A stretch of 64,000 nt of DNA from an uncultured Candidatus Binatia bacterium (GCA_965213675.1 OZ243916.1:3200001-3264000), one strand, 5' to 3'; positions 19,377-32,469 are shown, counted from the first letter of the stretch. Notes: generated by a model from the letters alone, not told the origin. Numbers and translations are program-made.

Positions 19377-19450
19377 CCGCCGGCGCGTCCACACGACCGG
19401 CGTCCCTGGACTGCGCCGCGCGAAGTCGAAGCCATCCGGCAGGAGCACCC

Positions 19451-19966
19451 GTGAAGTTCAACGACCGCACCCTGTTTACCCTTGGCGTCTTCGTCGTCGT
19501 GCTCGGCTTTCTTGTCCTGGCCCTGGGCTACCAGCCGCGCGCCCGCTTGGTGCCGCTCATCATCGCCGTCCCCACCCTGCTGCTGACCCTTTTCCAGTTT
19601 CTGATCGACGCCATCCCCGCGGTCGGCCGCCGTTTCAGCTTTTTCCAGGAATACGATCTCTTCGGCATCGATGCTGGGCGCGCCGCCGAACCCGCCGCGG
19701 ACAGCCGCTCATCCGGCAGTGTCTTCCGCCGCGAGCTCAGCTTCGCCTCGTGGCTCTTGCTCCTCGTGGCGTTGATCTATTTCATCGGCTACCTCGCCGC
19801 CATCCCCCTCTTCATGATCCTGTTCATGCGCCTGCGCACCTCCGAGCGTTGGCTCATCACCCTCTCCATCACCGCCGTCACGTGGGCGTTCGTCTACGTC
19901 GTTTTCATCCTCGTGATGGGCGCCCCCTTGCACGAGGGGGTCGTGTGGAACGCGATGGGATTGTGA
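19451..19966 (+). CDS. tripartite tricarboxylate transporter TctB family protein
   Basis: 4-5 TM segments, ARLVP motif, C-terminal F.....PL..G. Confidence 0.75.
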   Translation: MKFNDRTLFTLGVFVVVLGFLVLALGYQPRARLVPLIIAVPTLLLTLFQFLIDAIPAVGRRFSFFQEYDLFGIDAGRAAEPAADSRSSGSVFRRELSFASWLLLLVALIYFIGYLAAIPLFMILFMRLRTSERWLITLSITAVTWAFVYVVFILVMGAPLHEGVVWNAMGL

Positions 19967-20049
19967 CGGGTTGCCGGCGCCATGCGGCTGAAAACGCTTC
20001 CCCGTTGACAGTGCCTAAGATGACCTTGCCCGTACGTAAGCCCGAACGA

Positions 20050-20262
20050 CGTTTCCCTCAGGCTGGTTAGCGCGCAAGAACGCAGAGCGCCGAGTCAGAT
20101 CAACGCAGTGCTCGCGGGCGTCCCCGCAACTCCAGCCAACTCCACCGTATGCGGCGCCCGGTTCGGCTACCGTGTCCACGGAGGTAGAATCGCAGGGATA
20201 GCGCCCGTGAGCGTCGTGCAGATGAGGCGTTCAAGGGCGCGTTCGGAAGTGTCGGTGGTCAT
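20050..20262 (-). pseudogene. hsdR: 5' remnant of type I restriction endonuclease R subunit
   Basis: ATG overlapping the darG stop gives MTTDTSERALERLICTTLTG; after a frameshift AEPGAAYGGVGWSCGDAREHCVDLTRRSAFLRANQPE, resembling HsdR N-termini; left end approximate. Confidence 0.65.
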
Positions 20263-21326
20263 GCGTCAGCGGGAAGAGCCACGGGTTCGATCCAGCTCTT
20301 CTTCGCGAGCACATCGGCGGCCAACTTGATCTGGCGGGCCGAGAATTGCTTCTTGCGATCATTCCAGCCGTAGACGCGCGAGATCAGGTCGTCAAGGTTG
20401 CAGGCAGATTCCTCCGTAGTCACCCAATGCACCGTTGATAGAAGCTCGAGGCCAAAAGACGACTCGAAGCCTGCGACCAGATCAGCTACGCGGTCAAATC
20501 GGCCGCGTGTGTCGGGATGGTTCTCCAGGACCGCGTTGGCATCGGCGACTGCGCCCGGCACCAGCTCGAGTTGTTTGTTCGGCCGGTCGCCGCCGTCGCG
20601 GTGGCCCGAGATGAAATACCCCTCAATCTCGCGAAGCACGTGGGTCAGATTCTCCGCGTAGGGACCGTAAAGACCCTTCACCACCCGAAGCTTGTCCATA
20701 GCTGGTTCTCCGCTGACCTTCATGAAATACATCAGCTTATGGACTTCGAGCAGGGTCACGAACGGGTCGAGAAGACCTCTGAGATAACGGTCCATCAGCC
20801 CCACGAGCGCTGCGCGGCCAGGCGTCATCTTGGGCGCCGACCGGCGCTTGGGCATTTGTTGAGTCTCCGGCGCCCCACCGGGCTCGAAGACCACGATACG
20901 CAAGTCTTCGAGATCCCGTAGCGCTTCTGCGATCCTTGAGCGCACATTGCTCCAGTTCAATCCACCCAGCCCGCTACCGAGTGGAGGAATGGCAATGGAG
21001 AGAATATCATTCTCACGGATGACCTCCCGCAGCGCCTTCAGCCCTGCGTCAATGTCCTCCACTCGGCTCTTTCCGCGCCAGTGGCGCTTGGTTGGGAAAT
21101 TGATGATGTAGCGCGGGTTGGTCAGTTGGCCGGTCTCGAACACGACCATGCGTCCCGGCTCCACCTCGTGACGCTTGCAGGCATCGGCGTAGGCCTTGAA
21201 GTTGTCCGGGAAGGCGTTCTTGAACTGGAGCGCGATCCCGCGCCCCATCACCCCCACGCAATTCACCGTGTTCACCAAGGCGTCCGCGTCTTCAGCGAGA
21301 ATGTCGCCCGTCTTGAATTCGAGCAT
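20259..21326 (-). CDS. darG: DarG macrodomain DNA ADP-ribosylglycohydrolase antitoxin
   Basis: NTVNCVGVMGRGIALQF, INFPTKRHWR, PPLGSGLGG; C-terminal LEVHKLMYF, YGPYA, GFES.FGLELLSTVHW. Confidence 0.92.
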   Translation of the reverse strand: MLEFKTGDILAEDADALVNTVNCVGVMGRGIALQFKNAFPDNFKAYADACKRHEVEPGRMVVFETGQLTNPRYIINFPTKRHWRGKSRVEDIDAGLKALREVIRENDILSIAIPPLGSGLGGLNWSNVRSRIAEALRDLEDLRIVVFEPGGAPETQQMPKRRSAPKMTPGRAALVGLMDRYLRGLLDPFVTLLEVHKLMYFMKVSGEPAMDKLRVVKGLYGPYAENLTHVLREIEGYFISGHRDGGDRPNKQLELVPGAVADANAVLENHPDTRGRFDRVADLVAGFESSFGLELLSTVHWVTTEESACNLDDLISRVYGWNDRKKQFSARQIKLAADVLAKKSWIEPVALPADA

Positions 21327-21342
21327 CCTTACCTCCCGCCTG

Positions 21343-21607
21343 TCAGTAGTACCATCCAGACATTATCGCAAGATGCGGCTGGTGTTTTTCAGCCGCCAAC
21401 GCCGCCCGGACTTCTGTATAGAAGCGCTGCGAACTGACCCCGATGCGCCTGATCAATTCCCAAGGAAACGAGCGCTCCAAGAGGAATTCTGCCTGCTTCG
21501 GTTCGTCGCGCCATCTCTGCGTCGCACCAGATGTAGCCGTCAGCGATGATCGAGGGCAGGCGGTCGACATGCACGATGTGGTAGATTTTGGGTGACGCAG
21601 GCGGCAT
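21343..21607 (-). pseudogene. darT: DarT DNA ADP-ribosyltransferase toxin, internally deleted and frameshifted
   Basis: N-terminus PKIYHIVHVDRLPSII.DG fused out of frame (~21505) to C-terminus KQAEFLLERSFPWELI.RIGV...WYY; only ~265 nt remain. Confidence 0.85.
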
Positions 21608-21609
21608 TG

Positions 21610-21960
21610 TCAGTCCTCAAGGTGCGCCACGGCTTCCTTGCGGTTGAATGCGGGCTGTTCAATTTCCTCTATGGAATCGTCCAAGTCGTCATCGTCTGCA
21701 AGCGAGCCGACTTTTGGTAACGCAGCGGCCCCTTCACGCGCATCAAGCTTGCCCGCGACAACATCGGCGATCGGGCGGGCACGGTACTCGCGTATCAATT
21801 CTATTTCGGCGGGCGTGAGAAACCGTGAGGTCTGCTTGGCTCAGTACAGCATCAAGAAAGCTCACTAACGACCCTTGGCTTCGCCATAGGCGGGAATGGA
21901 AAGCGGTGTGCTCCCACCCAATTGATGGCGCTTGTTGATGATTTCTTGGAAGCGAGCCTG
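21610..21960 (-). pseudogene. hsdS: 3' remnant of type I R-M specificity subunit
   Basis: frameshifted pieces FPFPPMA / VSFLDAVLSQAD / EIELIREYRARPIADVVAGKLDARE match the conserved HsdS C-terminal helix; right end approximate. Confidence 0.7.
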
Positions 21961-22129
21961 AAATGTGCAAGCCGGGACAAGGATCGATGACCGGGATTCC
22001 GGGTCACCTTGGCGCTGGCAACGGTGAAGCGCGCCCGGTCGAAGGCACGAGATGGTTCCCGCAGGGGCGACCGTGCGGTCGCCCCTGCAAGTGGGGAAGG
22101 GATTCGACGCCGCCCTTCGGCGTGGCGCT

Positions 22130-22606
22130 CTACGCCGAGGTCAGCTTCCAGGTGCCGTCGGGCTGCCGGCACGCGGTGCCGTAGGCTTCCTCGGTGCGGC
22201 CGCCGATGGTGACGGTTTGGGTGAACTCCCGGCAGTAGGTCCCGTCGTTGCGCTTGAAGGTCTTGCGCGGCGTGATGGAGCCTTGGTTGCCGGAATCGGG
22301 GTTCTTCCACGTGGTGGTCTCCCCCACGGTCGCCGTCTCCAGTGAACTCTGCGTCGCCCGCTCCAGGGCGAGCCTGTCTGTATGGTCGAGCGATTTGCCG
22401 ATCTCGTTGCCGATGGCTGCGCCGAGGAGGGTGCCGATTCCCGTGGCAACGAGATTCCCGCGCCCCTTGCCCACCTGAGCTCCGGCGATGCCGCCGGCAA
22501 CCGCGCCCAGCAGTGTGCCGGCGGTTTGCTTCTCGCCGGCCCCAGTCAGGCAGCCGGAAAGCGATACGGCCAATAAACCGACCAGTGCCAATCTCAATAC
22601 GTACAT
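22130..22606 (-). CDS. glycine-zipper outer-membrane lipoprotein, Rickettsia 17-kDa antigen-like
   Basis: lipobox LSGC; GTLLGAVAGGIAG / GTLLGAAIG glycine zipper; WKNPDSG, YCREF, AYGTACRQPDGTW. Confidence 0.9.
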   Translation of the reverse strand: MYVLRLALVGLLAVSLSGCLTGAGEKQTAGTLLGAVAGGIAGAQVGKGRGNLVATGIGTLLGAAIGNEIGKSLDHTDRLALERATQSSLETATVGETTTWKNPDSGNQGSITPRKTFKRNDGTYCREFTQTVTIGGRTEEAYGTACRQPDGTWKLTSA

Positions 22607-22756
22607 GGGTTCTCCTTGATTGTGGTCTGTACTCGACCCGGCTCAGTCGCCGGCTTCACTGCCCGAAGCAATCGATTGTCGATGCCCGGGGCGGCTGCCC
22701 ATCTACCCACTTATTTTTCCAGAACGCCGGTCAGAGTCAAGCCCGTGTCTGCCTCC

Positions 22757-26029
<3,273 letters not shown>

Positions 26030-26051
26030 GGGCCTGGGCGTTCTTGATCGT

Positions 26052-27566
26052 CTAGGGTGCGTCTGGCAGTGAACGCCGTTGCCATGCGCGCTTGAGCGGC
26101 GCCAGCAGCGGGAGGGCCAGGGCCGCCAGGATGAGCAGGGTCAGCACCAGCGAGATGGGACGGGTGACGAAGATCAGGAAGCCCGTGTCCGAGATCAGCA
26201 GCGTCTGGAACAGCGACACCTCGGCGATTTCCCCGAGCACGTAGGCGAGGATGAAGGTGATGAAGGAGTAGTTGTACTTTTTCATGCCGTAGCCGATGAA
26301 GCCGAACACGAGCACGGCGAACGCGTCCAGGAGATTGTTGCGCAGCACGAAGGCGCCGACGAAGCTGATGACCAGGACGATGGGGATGATGAGCGTAACC
26401 CGGATCCGCGTGATCTTGACGAGCTGGTTGGCGAAGAGGAGCCCCAGGATGGACGTCCACACGTTGGCGGCGATCAGCGCCAGCACCAGGGTGAAGACCG
26501 TGGCCTGGTGCGTGGTCAGCAGTTCCTTGCCCGGGTTCAATCCGAGCAGCAGCAGCCCCACCAGCAGGATGGCGTGGGGCGCGCTCCCAGGGATGCCGAA
26601 GGCCACGGTGGGCAGCAGCGCGCCGCCGTCCTTGGCGTCGTTGGCGGCTTCGGGCGCGAGCACGCCCTCGGGCGCGCCACGGCCGAAGTTTGCGCGGTTG
26701 GGCGAGGTGGCCTGGCCCTGGGCGTACGACAGGAAGGCCGCCACGTTGGCGCCGACCCCGGGAATGATCCCCACCACGCAGCCGATGGCGGCGCTCCTGA
26801 TGAGCAGAAAGAAATTGGACAACACGAAGCGAATGCCGTCGAGGACGTCCCGCGTCGTGGCGCGCTCTACGTTGCCCTGCTGTACCAGTTCATCTCCCTT
26901 GACGGCCAGGAAGAACATTTCGGACACGGCGAAGATGCCGATGGCGATTACCCCGGTGTGGACGCCGTCCCACAGGTAGAGAAGGTCGAAGGTGAAACGC
27001 ATGTCGCCGGTGATGGGAGAATACCCGATGAAGGCCACGAGGAACCCCAGGCCCGCGGAGATGAGTCCCTTGATCGGTTCGCTCTGGGTCAGCGATGCGA
27101 TCAGGCTGATGCCCAGCAGCGCCATGAGAAAGAACTCCGGCGGGCCGAAGGAGAACACCACGGAGCGCACCACCGGCAGGAGCAGCAGAAAGATCGCGTA
27201 GCCGAACACGGACCCCAGGGCCGACGCCGTCGCGGAAATGGCGAGGGCGTAGCCGGCGCGGCCCTGCCGGGCCAGCGGGTGCCCGTCGAAGACCGTGGCG
27301 ATGTTGGCGACGGTGCCGGGGACGTTGAGCAGGATGGCGGAGATGGAGCCGCCGAAGGTGATGCCGCCGATGGAAGCGGCGAAGACCATCATGGCCAGCT
27401 TCGTTTCCATCGCCATGATGACGGGAAGCGACAGCGTCAGGATGACGATGCCGCCCAAGCCGGGCAGGGCGCCGAAGAGCATGCTCACCGTGACGCCGAG
27501 AAGCACTACCAGGACGTTGGGAAACCCGAAAACGTTGAGCAGCGCTTCGCCGATGGCCTCAATCAC
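26052..27566 (-). CDS. tripartite tricarboxylate transporter permease TctA
   Basis: GALPGLG, GGSISAILLNVPG, DGHPLA, APEAANDA, PTVAFGIPG, GLNPG. Confidence 0.92.
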   Translation of the reverse strand: MIEAIGEALLNVFGFPNVLVVLLGVTVSMLFGALPGLGGIVILTLSLPVIMAMETKLAMMVFAASIGGITFGGSISAILLNVPGTVANIATVFDGHPLARQGRAGYALAISATASALGSVFGYAIFLLLLPVVRSVVFSFGPPEFFLMALLGISLIASLTQSEPIKGLISAGLGFLVAFIGYSPITGDMRFTFDLLYLWDGVHTGVIAIGIFAVSEMFFLAVKGDELVQQGNVERATTRDVLDGIRFVLSNFFLLIRSAAIGCVVGIIPGVGANVAAFLSYAQGQATSPNRANFGRGAPEGVLAPEAANDAKDGGALLPTVAFGIPGSAPHAILLVGLLLLGLNPGKELLTTHQATVFTLVLALIAANVWTSILGLLFANQLVKITRIRVTLIIPIVLVISFVGAFVLRNNLLDAFAVLVFGFIGYGMKKYNYSFITFILAYVLGEIAEVSLFQTLLISDTGFLIFVTRPISLVLTLLILAALALPLLAPLKRAWQRRSLPDAP

Positions 27567-27693
27567 GGAGCAACTCTTTCAGCGCCTGGTGTCGTGGGTG
27601 GAGCGCGCGGCTTGCCGCCGCCCGGACCGGCCAGGATGCGCGGAATGGACAATCCGCCAGGCATCCGGACCGGACGGTGCGGCAGGAGGCTTG

Positions 27694-27726
27694 GAGCCTA
27701 TTTCGAGCCTATTTCGAGCCTATTTC
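27694..27726. repeat. 3 x 11-bp tandem repeat (gagcctatttc) at the tctC stop codon
   Basis: directly visible. Confidence 0.85.
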
Positions 27727-28733
27727 TTTTGCTGTGCCTTGTAGAGAGCGATCAGGTTCGCGTAGTCCTTGATGAGGTTGTTCACGAGCGTCGCCGTCTC
27801 CTTCCCGGTGGCGGGGGCGTGGATGACCTGAGCCTTGCTCTCCAACTCGGCCTTGGACTCGGAGATGACTTCGTGCACGGCGTGGCTCAGCACGTCCGCG
27901 ATGGCCTGCGGCACATTGGGCGGAGCCGCCACGAGAATGTACAGGATGCCGCCGGGCATGAGGTCCTTGCGCCCGAGGGCCTCGGCGGAAGGTACGTCCG
28001 GAAAGAACGGATCCTTGTCCTTCTCCGACGAAAGCTGGACCAGACCGCGGACCTCCCCGGACTTGATGAACGTGACCACGCCGCCGGTGGTCTTGATGGT
28101 CGTGTCCACGTCGCCGCGGGCTACCGCCACCACCAGCGAACGTCCGCTCTTGTATCCGGTCACATCCTTCACGCCGATGCCCGTCTTGTCGATGATGTTG
28201 GCCAGCACGAAGGAGCCTGCTGAAGCCGGCCCCACGGACGACACTTTCAGCGGCCGCTTCTTGCCTTCCGCGATGAGGTCGTCGAGCGTCTTGATGGGAG
28301 AGTCTCCCTTCACGAAGAGGAAACGGGGCGCGGTGGTGATCTTCGCCAGATAGGTGAACCTGGAGAGGTCGAAGCCCACGTCCCGTGTTGCGGATTGCGC
28401 CAGTCCGCCCGCCGGCAACATGCTGCCGATGACGCTGCCGTCCGCGGGCGAGCCGTATAGCCGCTTCGTTCCCACGGTGCCGCCGGCTCCCGGCAGACTC
28501 ACCACCTTGACTTCCTTGACGCCGTGGCCTTCGAGTTTCTTCTGCAACTTCGGCGCCAGCAGCAGCGCCGACGTCCCGGTGCCGCCGCCAAGCCCGAAAG
28601 GCACAATCCAGGTGATCTTGCCCGGCAGCTTCTCGGCGCCGGCGGCGGAGCCCGCGAGCACGCACAGAAGCATCGCGGCCGCGACGGCGCCGGCCCGCAT
28701 CAACGATTTTCGCAAACTCGTCCCTCGTTGCAT
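27720..28733 (-). CDS. tripartite tricarboxylate transporter substrate-binding protein (TctC/Bug)
   Basis: signal peptide; IVPFGLGGG, PGAGG, PADG, SPIKTL.DL, PDVPS. Confidence 0.88.
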   Translation of the reverse strand: MQRGTSLRKSLMRAGAVAAAMLLCVLAGSAAGAEKLPGKITWIVPFGLGGGTGTSALLLAPKLQKKLEGHGVKEVKVVSLPGAGGTVGTKRLYGSPADGSVIGSMLPAGGLAQSATRDVGFDLSRFTYLAKITTAPRFLFVKGDSPIKTLDDLIAEGKKRPLKVSSVGPASAGSFVLANIIDKTGIGVKDVTGYKSGRSLVVAVARGDVDTTIKTTGGVVTFIKSGEVRGLVQLSSEKDKDPFFPDVPSAEALGRKDLMPGGILYILVAAPPNVPQAIADVLSHAVHEVISESKAELESKAQVIHAPATGKETATLVNNLIKDYANLIALYKAQQKK

Positions 28734-28744
28734 GGTTCACCTCC

Positions 28745-28760
28745 GTGGCAAACTTGCCAC
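28745..28760. promoter_or_regulatory. palindromic operator-like site next to the tctC RBS
   Basis: gtggcaa-ac-ttgccac perfect 7-bp arms. Confidence 0.4.
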
Positions 28761-28942
28761 AAAAACCGGGTGACGCGCGTCCAGCGCGCCGTGCGTGTGC
28801 CATTGTCGCCCTTGTCCTTCGCCCTTGTCCTGCCGCGCACACCCGCCGGGGTTATCACAGGAGCCTCGTGCTTTGCAATTTGTCGGCCGTCGCCTCGACT
28901 GTGGCCCCGGTGGGTGCATGGAACCTGCGGACAGGTGTGCGG

Positions 28943-29230
28943 TCAGATGGTCTCGGCCACGTAGTAGTCGCCGGTGCCCGGTTTGGTCTGCCAAGGATCG
29001 ATGGTCTGGCGAAACTTCACGTGGGGCGGCGTGCCGCGCCAGCGCTCGTGGTGTTCACGGGTTTCCCAGTGGAGCAGGACCATGACCCTGGAAGGGTCGT
29101 CGTCGCTGCACATGATGAAGCCACCGTGGCATCCGGCCTCCTTGCTCGACTGAATGGCTTCCTTGTAGGCCTTCACGTACTCGTCGCGTTTGTCCGGATC
29201 GACGGTCTGGAATCGCACCTCATAGATCAT
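28943..29230 (-). CDS. antibiotic biosynthesis monooxygenase (ABM) family protein
   Basis: MIYEVRF..., WETREHH..W...H; AAGGAGG RBS. Confidence 0.8.
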   Translation of the reverse strand: MIYEVRFQTVDPDKRDEYVKAYKEAIQSSKEAGCHGGFIMCSDDDPSRVMVLLHWETREHHERWRGTPPHVKFRQTIDPWQTKPGTGDYYVAETI

Positions 29231-29376
29231 GGTGGCACCTCCTTTGACGGCTGTTGCGGGGCGTCCGGCCCGAAGAATTTCAGGATGACTCACGTTGACT
29301 TTCGGCCGCCGCGCAATGATATAAGGACGCGAGCCGTTTGTCTTGCGGGCGGACGTGCACGCCGGAAGGGCGGGGG

Positions 29377-29502
29377 CGTCCTTCGACAAGCTCAGGACAA
29401 GCTTCGCGGAGTGAAGTCGAACGAAGCGAAGTCGGCGGACGCCTTGCCGGCGACCCACAGTCCTGCGCAACTTTCCGCAGAAAATTGCGGGACACGGCAC
29501 TG
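29377..29502. repeat. REP-like sequence plus right half of a MITE related to the 165-bp element
   Basis: tccttcgacaagctcaggac...; cgccttgccg...gggacacggcactg resembles the MITE core and end (agacaccacactag). Confidence 0.5.
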
Positions 29503-29531
29503 CGGAGGTTCGGGGGAAAGGAGCCTTTTCC

Positions 29532-30230
29532 ATGCGCATCGTCGATCTCAGCATGACCGTAGAGGAGTGCGACTCGGCTCCGTTCGCCCCCGACGAGACC
29601 TACTTCAAGATAAAGCCCATCATCAACTGGGAGGAGAAAGGGTTCGTCTCCAACCTGGTGGAGTTGACCGTTCACGCCGGCACCCATATCGACTCGCCGC
29701 ACCACTTCTTTCGCGACAAACCGTCGGTGGAGCAGCTTCCGCTGGAGCCGCTGATGGGCACGGCGGTGGTGCTGGACCTGTCCTTCCGGTGCCAGCCCGG
29801 CGCGCGCATCACGCCCGAGGACATGGAGCGGGCCGAGGCGGCGCTGGCGGAGCAGGGCGTGACGATCGATCCCGGTGGGATTCTGCTTCTCCGCACCGAC
29901 TGGCCCAAGGGGCATCGGACCACCGATCCGTCCTGGTGGAACGACTCGCCGTTTCTCTCCCGCGAGGCGGCTCAATGGGTCGTGGACAAGCAGCCAGCGG
30001 TCATCGGATACGACTTCGCCCAGGAAGAGAAGGGTGCGGACTACCAGCACGCCGGCGAGATACTGGGCAGCGGCATGACCGTGCACCGCATCATCCTGCC
30101 CCGGGTCACCTGTCAGATCGAGAATCTCATCAACCTGGACCAGATCGGCGCCTCTGCGAAGATCATCGCGCTTCCGGCCAAGTGGAAGACCGAATCCGCC
30201 CCGGCGCGGGTGGTGGCGCTACTGGACTGA
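29532..30230 (+). CDS. cyclase / kynurenine formamidase family protein
   Basis: HAGTHIDSPHH metal motif; IENL.NL; ESAPARVVA. Confidence 0.9.
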   Translation: MRIVDLSMTVEECDSAPFAPDETYFKIKPIINWEEKGFVSNLVELTVHAGTHIDSPHHFFRDKPSVEQLPLEPLMGTAVVLDLSFRCQPGARITPEDMERAEAALAEQGVTIDPGGILLLRTDWPKGHRTTDPSWWNDSPFLSREAAQWVVDKQPAVIGYDFAQEEKGADYQHAGEILGSGMTVHRIILPRVTCQIENLINLDQIGASAKIIALPAKWKTESAPARVVALLD

Positions 30231-30351
30231 TGGCGGCGACGCGCACGCGCATGGTGTCCCGGAGGCTGCCCACGCGCCGCCGGCCTCCGCAAGGGAAGCC
30301 GCGCCCGGGCCGCGCTCCGTCGCGCGCTTCATTCAGGTTCCCTCGTCCCCG

Positions 30352-31341
30352 ATGAAGGCCGTCCGGGTGCACGCGCTGGGCGGTCCGGAGGTGCTCCGCT
30401 GCGAGGAGGTGGAGGCCCCGGAGCCCCGGGAGGACGAGGCGCTGGTGGAGGTGGCCGCGGCCGGGGTCAACTACCTGGACATCTACTACCGCTCGGGTTT
30501 CCACTGGGGCGGGCATCACGGACGGCAGCTCCCCTACATCCCCGGCGCGGAGGGCGCCGGCACCGTGCGCGCAGTGGGGAGCGGCGTCTCCGAGGTCCGG
30601 ATCGGCGACCGGGTCGCCTACGGCATCTCCAACGGCTACGGCTCCTACGCCGACCTGGCCGCGGTGCCCGAGGGCCATTTGGTGCGGGTGCCCGAGACCG
30701 TGGACCTCCGGACCGCGGCCGCGGCCATGCTCCAGGGCATGACCGCCCACTACCTCATCCGCGACACCTACCCCGTGGGACCGGGCGATGCGGTGCTCGT
30801 CCACGCTGCCGCCGGCGGCACGGGACTGCTGCTGGTGCAGATGGCGAAGATGCGGGGCGCGCGGGTGCTCGGTACCGTGTCGACGCCCGAGAAGGCGCGC
30901 ATCGCCCAGGACGCCGGCGCCGACGCGGTCATCGATTACACGACGCAGGACTTCTCCGCCGAGACGCGCCGGCTAACCGGTGGACGCGGCGTCAACGTGG
31001 TCTACGACTCCGTGGGAAAGAGCACGTTCGAGAAGAGCCTCGACGCGTTGGCGCCGCGTGGCTGCATGGTAGTCTTCGGCCAGTCCAGCGGCGCCGTGCC
31101 ACCCTTCGACACCGCGGTGCTCAACGCCAAGGGATCGCTGTCCCTCAGCCGCCCCAGCCTCACCCACCACACGACGGACCGCGCCGAGATCCTGGGCCGG
31201 GCGGGAGAAGTGCTCGGATGGATCGAGCGGGGGCTGCTGACGGTACGGATCGGTCACGCTCTTCCGTTGACCCAGGCTCCGGAGGCCCACCGCCTGCTTG
31301 CATCCCGCAAGACTACCGGCAAGATCCTGCTGGCGCCGTAG
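30352..31341 (+). CDS. qor: NADPH:quinone oxidoreductase (MDR family)
   Basis: GVNY.D, PG.EGAG, LQGMTAHYL, HAAAGG.G, YDSVG, FGQSSG, RKTTGK. Confidence 0.9.
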   Translation: MKAVRVHALGGPEVLRCEEVEAPEPREDEALVEVAAAGVNYLDIYYRSGFHWGGHHGRQLPYIPGAEGAGTVRAVGSGVSEVRIGDRVAYGISNGYGSYADLAAVPEGHLVRVPETVDLRTAAAAMLQGMTAHYLIRDTYPVGPGDAVLVHAAAGGTGLLLVQMAKMRGARVLGTVSTPEKARIAQDAGADAVIDYTTQDFSAETRRLTGGRGVNVVYDSVGKSTFEKSLDALAPRGCMVVFGQSSGAVPPFDTAVLNAKGSLSLSRPSLTHHTTDRAEILGRAGEVLGWIERGLLTVRIGHALPLTQAPEAHRLLASRKTTGKILLAP

Positions 31342-31360
31342 GGTGCGCCCCACGGCCACG

Positions 31361-31389
31361 TCTGGCTCCCGGGTCAAGCCCGGGATGAC
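31361..31389. repeat. REP-like hairpin
   Basis: tctggctcccgggtcaagcccgggatgac; similar copies at 37700 (reverse) and 56023. Confidence 0.6.
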
Positions 31390-31513
31390 CAGGTGGAGAG
31401 GCGCCCCGTCCGGATTCGGGGCCAAGCGCCACGCCCGCGGCCTGCAGAGCCGCAGGTCGGGAGACGCGCCGTGGCATGCGAGCCGCTCCCGCCCAGGAAT
31501 TTGCTCTGGCCGA

Positions 31514-32410
31514 CTATTCGTCCGCCTCCTTCAGGTGCTCGTCGAACCACGCCACGGACAGTTCCAGCAGGTGGCTCAGGTGCGGTTCCTTGTAGATGTC
31601 GTGATGGTTGACCTCGGGGATCACCACATAGTGCTTGGGCTCCGGTGAACTCTCGTAGAGGTTCAGTTGTTCGTCCAGCGGGGTGAGGCTGTCGAGCTCG
31701 GCGGAGACGTAGAGAGCCGGGCAGCCGATTTCGTGGGCGACGCTCTCGGGCTTGTATTCGATGATGGCGTCGGCGCATTCCAGGGGCATCTCCACTTCGC
31801 CCCTTTTCGGGTTGGCCGCCACGGTTTCCTTCCAGAATTCCCAGCCTTCCGGCGTCGTCTCCATGATGTGATACGGGTGGACGCGGCGCGATTGGCCGGT
31901 CATCACCCGCTGGTTGCGGTCGTCGTCAAGTTCCCTCAGGAACGCCTGCCACTCCCATTCCCGGCGCAGGCAGCGGAGCCAGCGTTCGCCGTCGCCGACT
32001 CCCACGGTGCTGACGATGCACCGGACGCGCTCGTCCATGGCGGCGGTATAGGCCGCGTGGGCGCCGCCGAAGCTGGTGCCCCAGATGGCGAGGCGTTCGG
32101 GGTCCACTTCCGGGCGCACGCCGAGACAGGTGAGGCCGTTGCGGATGTCCTCGATCTGTTCCAGCGGGATCAGGCGGTGGCGCGGCCCTTCGCTCTCGCC
32201 GAAGCCGCGATAGTCGAAACGGAGCGACACATAACCCTCGGCGGCTAGGCGTTCGGCCACCATCGGCATCAGCGCCTCCTTGAGGCCGGCGTATCCCTGG
32301 CACAGGATGACACCGGGATGGCGCTGTGACCGGTTGCGGGCGTCCGGGATGGTGATGACCGCGGACAGGCCGTAGCCCGGGCCGCTGAAAAACCGGATCG
32401 TCTCTTCCAT
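31514..32410 (-). CDS. alpha/beta hydrolase
   Basis: FDYRGFGESEG, WGTSFGG, AELD, HHDIY; AGGAGG RBS before ATG 32410. Confidence 0.9.
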   Translation of the reverse strand: MEETIRFFSGPGYGLSAVITIPDARNRSQRHPGVILCQGYAGLKEALMPMVAERLAAEGYVSLRFDYRGFGESEGPRHRLIPLEQIEDIRNGLTCLGVRPEVDPERLAIWGTSFGGAHAAYTAAMDERVRCIVSTVGVGDGERWLRCLRREWEWQAFLRELDDDRNQRVMTGQSRRVHPYHIMETTPEGWEFWKETVAANPKRGEVEMPLECADAIIEYKPESVAHEIGCPALYVSAELDSLTPLDEQLNLYESSPEPKHYVVIPEVNHHDIYKEPHLSHLLELSVAWFDEHLKEADE

Positions 32411-32469
32411 GGTTCCTCCTGAGCTGGAATGGGCACGGCGCGGGCCGCGGATCCCAACCGCGCGGCGCG

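Noticed and set aside
21343-21607. darT expressed through a programmed frameshift
   Set aside because: More than half of the domain is deleted, so a frameshift could not restore it
28788-28803. sigma54 promoter before tctC (TGGCAC-N5-cGGC)
   Set aside because: The -12 element deviates from TTGC; too weak in GC-rich DNA
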